Assembly (NCBI RefSeq): GCF_009914755.1
Contig: NC_060937.1
Reading direction: 5' to 3' (one strand)
Length of the DNA: 64,000 bases
Source: the human T2T-CHM13v2.0 reference genome, Homo sapiens
In this document: positions 56,009 to 64,000 of the stretch, in pieces
Layout of the letters: each line of letters begins with the position of its first letter
How positions within the stretch are numbered: position 1 is the stretch's first letter
Translations under genes and position numbers: made by a program
The notes under the pieces: generated by a model
The model's input: only the letters and a program-made list of their open reading frames with translations
Told to the model about the DNA's origin: nothing
Database searches by the model: none

Positions 56009-56302
56009 AGAGACAGAGTCTGGCTATGTTGTCCAGGCTGTAGTGCAGTGGATATTCACAAGTGCGATCCCACTACTAATCAGCACAGGAATTTTGACCT
56101 GTTCCATGTTCAACCTGGACCAGTTCACCCCTCCTTAGGCAATCTGGTGGTCCTTCACTCATCATATTGATACCAAACTCAGTGTGGACACTCAATCAGC
56201 ATAGAGCACTACAGCCCAGAATTCCTGGTCTCAAACAATCCTCCTACGTCAGCCTCCCAAATATTATAGCTGGGACTATAGCCACACACCACTGTGCCCG
56301 GC
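56009..56302 (-). pseudogene. 7SL (SRP RNA) full-length retropseudogene
   Basis: Contains the S domain that Alu lacks ('gatcccactactaatcagcac...ttcacccctccttaggcaatctggtggtc...catattgat'); A-rich tail; TSD ct(g/a)acaattt(t/c)t; CpG-decayed with a small deletion. Confidence 0.93.
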
Positions 56303-58234
56303 CTAACAATTTCTTTAATGGGAATATTTTGCAGAGAGGAGGATTCTTGTTCTACTTTGCAGTTAAAAAAAATAGGAAAACACCCAAAGTAAGGTCACTG
56401 GACAGAATATACATTGTATCTACTCTGGCTCCATGTATTTAAGTAGATAGCATGTTAAATAAACTTTCTGGAGGGAGCTGGAGTTAAGTCTTAAAGCAAG
56501 AAAGGATATGGGGAGGAGGGCAGGTGATAGTGCTGGATGAGCCATGAAACAGGAATTAGTTTTAACAATAGCACAAAGTGTATTAAAAATAAACAACCCA
56601 GTGCTAAAATGTAGAGCCCTTTGGCATATACAGAGGAAAGAAGATGGAAAGAAAGGAGGAATTGAGTTGATGGAGGGCACTGATGAGCTTGCTGACAGTA
56701 TGCTGCATCTCAAGCAACTTACTTAAACTTCCCTCATTTTAAATGTCATTGCGTAAAAGTGATCTCCAATGCCCCCTGTCTGCCATGTGTTTTTTCAATC
56801 GAGCACTTTTCATAACAAAAACCTTTAGGATTAGCTGCCTCTTGCATTGGTAGCTGTGAGAAAGAACCTGAAATTATTACCAACTGAAACTGGAGAAAGA
56901 GGGCTTTAATGTGGCCTCCTGTGGTGTGGGCTAATGCCAAAAGGGGTTCAGACTTATAATACTAAGGACACATATCTCATAATCCTTTTCCCAAAATTTT
57001 CCCCACAGATTGAAAGTCGCAGCTTTTATACTGGGGTGGGGAAAAAACAAGTCAGGTCTGAAAGCGGGACAAAAATAAATCTCTCTCTTCAAAAGTCTGA
57101 TTAGCATTCTGGATCTAGATCTTGGGTGAGTTTATACTTCTCTTCCACTAATAATTCCTTCCAGTCACGATACTGTCCAGTGGAGATGAAGTTTGAGCAG
57201 TTCCATCTTTCCTACCAGATGATTGTGGGAAGTGAATATGCTTTAAATATAATCAGCCTATTATCTAGCTCAAGGAGTAAAGTGTTCTTTTTAATTTGAC
57301 TATCATCACCCCATAAGAAGCGCATCCTCCATATGCTGAAGTGCGGTAACCTGTGGGCTGCAGCTTTGCTTTTGCACTGCAGATTTTTCAATGTAATTGC
57401 ATGTAACACTTTATTTATAGTAATGTAAAAGTACTTAAAATCCAATTACATAGCTGGAAATTGCATATCTCTAAACAGATGCAGAATAATTAAAAAGAAA
57501 TCCAGTGCATATCTATAGAAACTCTTTAGAATTAGCAAAATGACTTATTTCAATATCCTCTGAGCAGCTCCTCTGGTTGAATTGCCAGCCTATATTAGGT
57601 ACATTAGCCTAATACACATTTCATATGGCTTAATGGGGAATTAAAATGTAGTTTCCTTGCATTTGTTTTTCTTTTTTAGTTTATGACCCAGATAATTCCT
57701 GTAGTAGTGATATGTTTCCACGAATTTCCTTTGCCCAGAGATGGTTTGAGTGAGTACAGTTCCTTGCTGGGGCCAACCTTGGAGGTGTTTAGTGGTGGAC
57801 AGAGGGTAAAAGGATTGTGTTTTCAATGTGGATAAGAAAAGTGTGGCTTTATGAGATGATATTTGCTGACTGCATCAAGCTTCCTATATTTCATATCTAA
57901 AAAAATCATAATTGGGAATTCCACCACCCTGGGAAATCCCTGGTCATTATCCACTCATTCTAAGAGCAGATAGGAATACCATGAATAATGGAAATCCATC
58001 CAGAGTGCTATTTATACTCTTAATTATTCTTGTATGTACCACCCAAAACAAAAACCAAACACACAAACTGTTTATCAATATAAAAAGTTGATAGGTATAT
58101 TTGTTTTTGGTAATGATCATTACAGCCTAAAAGCTAACAATCCACATAAATCTAACAGTTTTTTAAAAATGAAACTATTTTGCACATAGGAAGATTCTTG
58201 TTCTACATTGCAGTTAAAAAAATTACTCTCAGTT

Positions 58235-58550
<316 letters not shown>

Positions 58551-58861
58551 TTACTCTCAGCTAAAACTCCTGGCCTTCATGAAAAATAATCTCTTTGAAA
58601 GTTCGTATTAATAACTTCAATATTGCATTAATGTAATTATCAGTCTTTAATGTATGTGGCATAACTGAAAACATTTTCAGTAACAACAATATATTTATTA
58701 TTTATACCCAGCATGAAGAAGTTGAACTTGCTATGGAAACCAGGAATTTATTCATTATACTCAATTTTCTCTTCATAATAGAAATAATAATCCTAGCATT
58801 TTTAAAAACTGCCAACAGTTTCCACATTGTCTAGAAGCTGTTTTTTCTAGATTTACATGTC

Positions 58862-58893
<32 letters not shown>

Positions 58894-59495
58894 CTCATGT
58901 TTCTCAGCAGTCTCAACAGAAATTCAGAAATGTTGTTCCCAATAGATATGAAGGTGACTCCAGATCACTTCGTCCCCCACCTCTGCCACATCCCTTAGGT
59001 CATTTTCCTTGTAGCTTGATGCCCTCTTGCTCTCTCCTCTGCCTCCTTCCTTATCAAAACAGCTCCCAGAAACAGACCTGGTGTGAGTCATTTTCATGAA
59101 TATGAATGTCAGTAGCTCTATTATCTTGTTTTCAGGCAAATGAGTTGCAGGTATCAGGAAATGGAAAAAAAAGAGGTGTTTTAAGAAAGTGAAATTTTTA
59201 TAGTTATAGTAAATCACCCCACAGCTTCACCTTATTAGCCCCAACATAATATTAGTTTATGAGGGAGAAGAAGGAATGGTCATCTTAAATTTATAAATTA
59301 AATAAATCCATGTGGGGCTTCATGACCTCTATGATTTTGGTTGTTCACCCATGTGTTTGACAGAACACACTTCCCTTTAGGTTTTGTGACTGTAATCCAG
59401 TAATTTGTGACTTTTTATTCACCGATTTCTAATCTGTGCCTTTTCTGTCACTTTCTTTCTTTTCTTCAATTGAGGGACATCCACTCATACTTTTC

Positions 59496-59913
59496 TGCAA
59501 CAGTTACTATGAGACTGAATGAAGGAGGATGAATGCAGAAATGAAAACTTAAGACAAAAGAAACTGTTTTAAAGAAAGGGTCAGGGGGCTCCTTCCTTCT
59601 AGGGAGCAAGGGCCTTGAGCTTCCACAGCCCTTTGTATTTATTGGGCAGAAAGAGCAGGGAGGAGGAGCTAACAACTGGTCAGCTGCTTGATTGATCACA
59701 GGCTCACATTATTGCTAACAGGCTTCAGATGTGCCTAATCACAAGAAACACTGCGCCTGGGGCGCGACTGCCCTCAGCATTCCTTCTGGGTGGCAGACGC
59801 AGTTTGTCAGTTTGCTAACAACCTGCTTTCATGAGAACAGTTTGCTGTTTACTCATATAGCCTCCAGTGGTACACTGAGTTGGTCACGACTCTCATTCTT
59901 TCGGCCTCCAACA
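59496..59913 (-). mobile_element. LTR3 solo LTR (HERV-K HML-6)
   Basis: Minus strand begins tgttggaggccgaaagaatgagagtcgtgaccaactcag, has aataaa and TG..CA ends; perfect 6-bp TSD cttttc. Confidence 0.85.
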
Positions 59914-60370
59914 CTTTTCTATTCTCTGTTTCTTCCTTTCTTATTTTGCCAATTGCATTCTTCTGATGCTTTATTTCAAAAAGATGACTATACCTATTGC
60001 TCCTGTTGACCACCATTATCATTATATAAGAGATGATTTGCAAAATGGTGCACTAGCCACACGGTTTATGTCACCTGCTCCCTATTCCAGATGAAGAAGT
60101 CTAATCACAGGGGGTGAGTGACTTAAGTAAGGTCACATGGCAAGTGGCAGGCGGCCAGCAGCTTTTTCTCTCACCACCCAGGAGCTGTTAATCCATTTCT
60201 CAGTTGGCTGGACCAGCATGCTCCTGGGCAGAAAAGGCATAAGAAGGATGGATGGCCATGCCAAAGCAAAGACCAAGGTTCATGTGGAAGGGAGCCCTCT
60301 TCTGTAGCGATGGTCACCTGGGTCAGGCAGAACTCTTATTCTGAACAGTTTGACAATGAAAATTCCATAA

Positions 60371-63300
60371 GAGGGTGGGGAGCAAGACAGCTGACTAGAA
60401 GCAGCCACAATCGAGGCTCCTGTCAAAAAGAACCATAATAGCATGTGAATCCTGCACCAACAACCTAGGTATCCAGGTTCTCTCATCAGAACTGACTAGG
60501 CAGCTGGCATGATCCACAGAGAGGAAGGAAGAGCAGTGTGGTGCAGCAGCCCACCTGAGAGCCACAGGGAGCAGGGGAACCCCAGCACCCCCGCCAAAGG
60601 AGGCAGTGAGTGAGTGTGCCACCCCCTGGGGAAACCGTGCTTTTTCCATGGAACTGTGCGCCCCATGGAGCTGAAGACCCACTTACGAACCCATGCCACT
60701 GGGGCCTAGGGTCCCAACTCTGGAGCCGTGCAGATTCTCAACTGCCTCTCAGCTAGAATCTACTCAAGCCTACCAAGTCTTCAGGGAGAGGGGCAACCAG
60801 CACCACAGCTGCAGCTGCCTCCTGTCTGAGCTGTTTGAGCTCCTTGTGGGCGGAGAAGCAGCCAGCACTGGGACTCATAACGGCCTAATACGCTAAGCTT
60901 CCTGGGTGGGGGAAGGGCGGCATCCATCTCTATAGCTCCAAGCCATGCTTTTCCCCTGATGGAGCCAAGGAGGCTGGATGGCTTGGTCCCAAGTGGTGTC
61001 CCCCACAGCCCAACACACTGGCTGTGGCAGACTGCAGCCAGAGCGCCTCTTCAGGCCTGACTCTGACTCATCCAACCTCACTGGTTGGGGCCTCCCTGCA
61101 GGAAACTGAACAACTCCAGCCAGAGTCTCAGGGACAGAACCGTGATCTCTCTGGGCCTGAGCCCCTAGGGGGAGGAGTGGCCACAGTCTCTGCAGACCAG
61201 CAGATTTAGCCTTTCCTGATGGTAGTTCTGAGGAATCCAGGCAGCCCAAATGATTCTGTTTTCCCCAAGTGAAGCACACCCCCTCCACCAAGGGACAAAG
61301 TGCTTTGTTAAATGGGTCCTGTCCCCTGTGCCACCCAACTGGGTGAGACCCTCCAACAGGGATTGTCAGACACCCTATACAGGAGCGATCCTACTGGCAT
61401 CAGGTTGGTGACCCTCGAGGTCAGAGATCACAGAAGAAGGAGCAGGCACCCATCTTTGCTGTTCTCTAGCCTCCTTGAGTGACATCTCTAGGTACAGAAG
61501 TGAACTAGATGAACAGGGCCGGATGTGAACCCCCAGCAAACCGCAGCGGCCTGAGAGAAGAGGGACCTGACCACTGAAAGAAAAACAAACAGAAAGCAAC
61601 AACAACATCAACAACAAAAAAAGTGTACATAAAAACCCCATCCAAGGGTCAGGAGCCTCAAAGATCAAAACTTGACAAACTTACGAAGATGAGAAAGAAT
61701 CAACAAAAAAAAACACTGAAAATTCAAAAGGCCAGAGGCCTCTTCTCCTCCAAATGATTGAAACGCCTCTCCAGCAAGGGCACAGAACTGGACAGAGGAT
61801 GAGATGGACAAAGTAACAGAAGTAGGCTTCAGAAGATGGGTAATAAACTCTGCTGAGCTAAGGCAGCATGTTCTAACCCAATGCAAAGAAGCTAAGAACC
61901 TTGATAAAAGGTTACAGGAGCTGCTAATTAGAATAATCAGTTTAGAGAGGAACAAAAATGACCTGAAGGAGTTAAAAAACAAAGCATGAGAACTTCCTGA
62001 AGCATACACAAGTATCAATAGCCAAAACGACCAAGAGGAAGAAAGGATATCACAGTCTGAAGACCACCTTGCTGAAATAAGGCATGCAGATAAGATTAGA
62101 GAAAAAGGAATTAAAAGGAATGAACAAAGCCTCCAAGAAATATGGGACTACATAGAAAGACTGAACCTATGATTGACTGGAGTACCTGAAGGAGATGAGG
62201 AGAATGGAAACAAGACGGAAAACACACTCAGGATATTATCCAGGAGAATTTCCCCGATCTAGCAAGACAGGCCAACATGCAAATTCAGGAAATACAGATA
62301 ACACCACTAGGATACTCCAAGAGAAGATCAACCCCAAGACATGTAATCATCAGATTCTACAAGGTGAAAATGAAGGAAAAATTGTTAAAGGCAGCCAGAG
62401 ATAAAGGCCAGGTCACCTAATAAAAAGGGAAACCCATTGGACTTACAGTGGACCTTTCAGCAGAAACCCTTCAAGCCAGAAGAGATTGGGGGCCAATATT
62501 TGACATTCATACAGAAAAGAATTTTTAACCCAGAATTTCATATCCAGCAAAACTAAGCTTCATAAGTGAAGGAGAAATAAAATCCTTTCCGGACAAGCAA
62601 ATGCTGAGTGATTTCATCACCACAAGGCCTGCCTTGCAGGAGCTCCTGAAGGAAGAACTAAATATGGAAAGGAAAAACCAGTACCAGCCACTGCAAAAAC
62701 ATACCAAAATAGAAAGACCAATGACACTATGAAGAAACTGCATCAACTAGTGTGTAAAATAACCAGATAGCATCATGATGACAGGTTCAAATTCACACAT
62801 AACAATACTAACCTTAAATGTAAATTGGCTAAATGCCCCAATTAAAAGACACAGTCTGGCAAATTGGATAAAGTGAAGACCCATCAGTGTGCTGCATTCA
62901 AGAGACTCAACTTACATGCAAAGACACACATAGGCTCAAAATAAAGGAATGGAGGAAAATTTTCCAAGCAAACAGGAAAGCAAAATAAATGCAAGGGTTT
63001 CAATCTTAGTCTCTGACAAAACAGACTTTAAAACAACAAAGATCAAAAAAGACAATGAAGGGCATTACATAATGGTAAAGGGATAAATTCAACAATAGAG
63101 CTAACTATCCTAAATATATATGCACTTAATACAGAAGCACCCAGATTCATAAAACAAGTTCTTAGAAATCTACAAAGAGACAGAAAATTAACAAGGATAT
63201 TCAGGACTTGAACTCAGCTCTGGATCAAGTGGACCCAATAGACATCTACAGAACTTTCCATCCAAAATCAAGAGAATATACATTCTTCTCAGTGCCACAT

Positions 63301-64000
63301 GCCACTTATTCTAAAATCGACCATATAATTGGAAGTAAAACACTCCTCAGCAAATGCAAAAGAACTGAAGTCATAACAGTCTCTCAGACCACACTGCAAT
63401 CAAATTAGAACTCAGGATTAAGAAACTCACTCAAAACCACACAATTACATAGAAATTGAATGACCTACTTCTGAATGACCCCTGGGTAAATAATGAAATT
63501 AAGGAAGAAATCAAGAATTTCTTTGAAACCAATGAGAACAAAGACACAACATACCAGAATCTCTGGGACACAGCTAAAACAGTGTGAAGACAGAAATTTA
63601 TAGCACTAAATGCCCACATCAAAAAGCTAGAAAGATTTCAAATCAACACCCTAACATCAGAATTAAAAGAGCTAGAGAAGCAAGAGCAAACTAATCCAAA
63701 AGCTAGCAGAAAACAAGAAATAATTAAGATCAGAGAAGAACTGAAAGAGAGACATGAAAAACTCTCCAAAAAAAAAAAAATCAATGAATCCAGGAGCTGG
63801 TTTTTTGAAAAAATAAATAAATAAATAAAACTAAAAAACAAAATAGATAAACTGCTAGCTAGAATAATAAAGAAGAAAAAGAAAGAAGAATCAAATAGAC
63901 ACAATAAAAATGATAAAGGGGATATCACCACTGACCCCAGAGAAATAAAAGCTACCATCAGAGAATACTATAAACACTTCTACACTAATAAACTAGAAAA
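60371..64000 (+). mobile_element. 5' part of an inactive full-length L1 (L1PA8-10 / L1P3-like): 5' UTR, ORF1 from 61689, ORF2 from 62778, running off the window
   Basis: 5' UTR 'gactagaagcagcc...gaatcctgcacc'; ORF1 fragment MDKVTEVGFRRWVINSAEL; ORF2 start atgacaggttcaaattcacac; many stops and frameshifts. Confidence 0.93.

Overview
This is human genomic DNA: AT-rich, CpG-depleted and rich in primate repeats, and an AluYb8 points specifically to human. It reads as intergenic or deep-intronic. I recognise no protein-coding gene. The longer ORFs are fragments of L1 ORF1/ORF2, antisense Alu read-throughs or chance. The window holds 8 Alus, many L1s (including the 5' 3.6 kb of a dead full-length element at the right edge), solo LTRs (THE1, MST, MLT, LTR33, HML-6 LTR3), MIR/L2/L3 and hAT relics, and a full-length 7SL retropseudogene. 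I found no convincing new biological system. The most unusual signals are structural: a perfect 41-bp inverted-repeat core bracketing about 400 bp, two long hairpins, a locally templated insertion inside an Alu, two twin-primed L1s, an internally deleted L1, a subfamily-mosaic L1 without TSDs, two old local duplications, and several candidate spliced (probably non-coding) exons. Repeat subfamily names come from recalled consensus sequences, not from a RepeatMasker run, and boundaries of old repeats are approximate.
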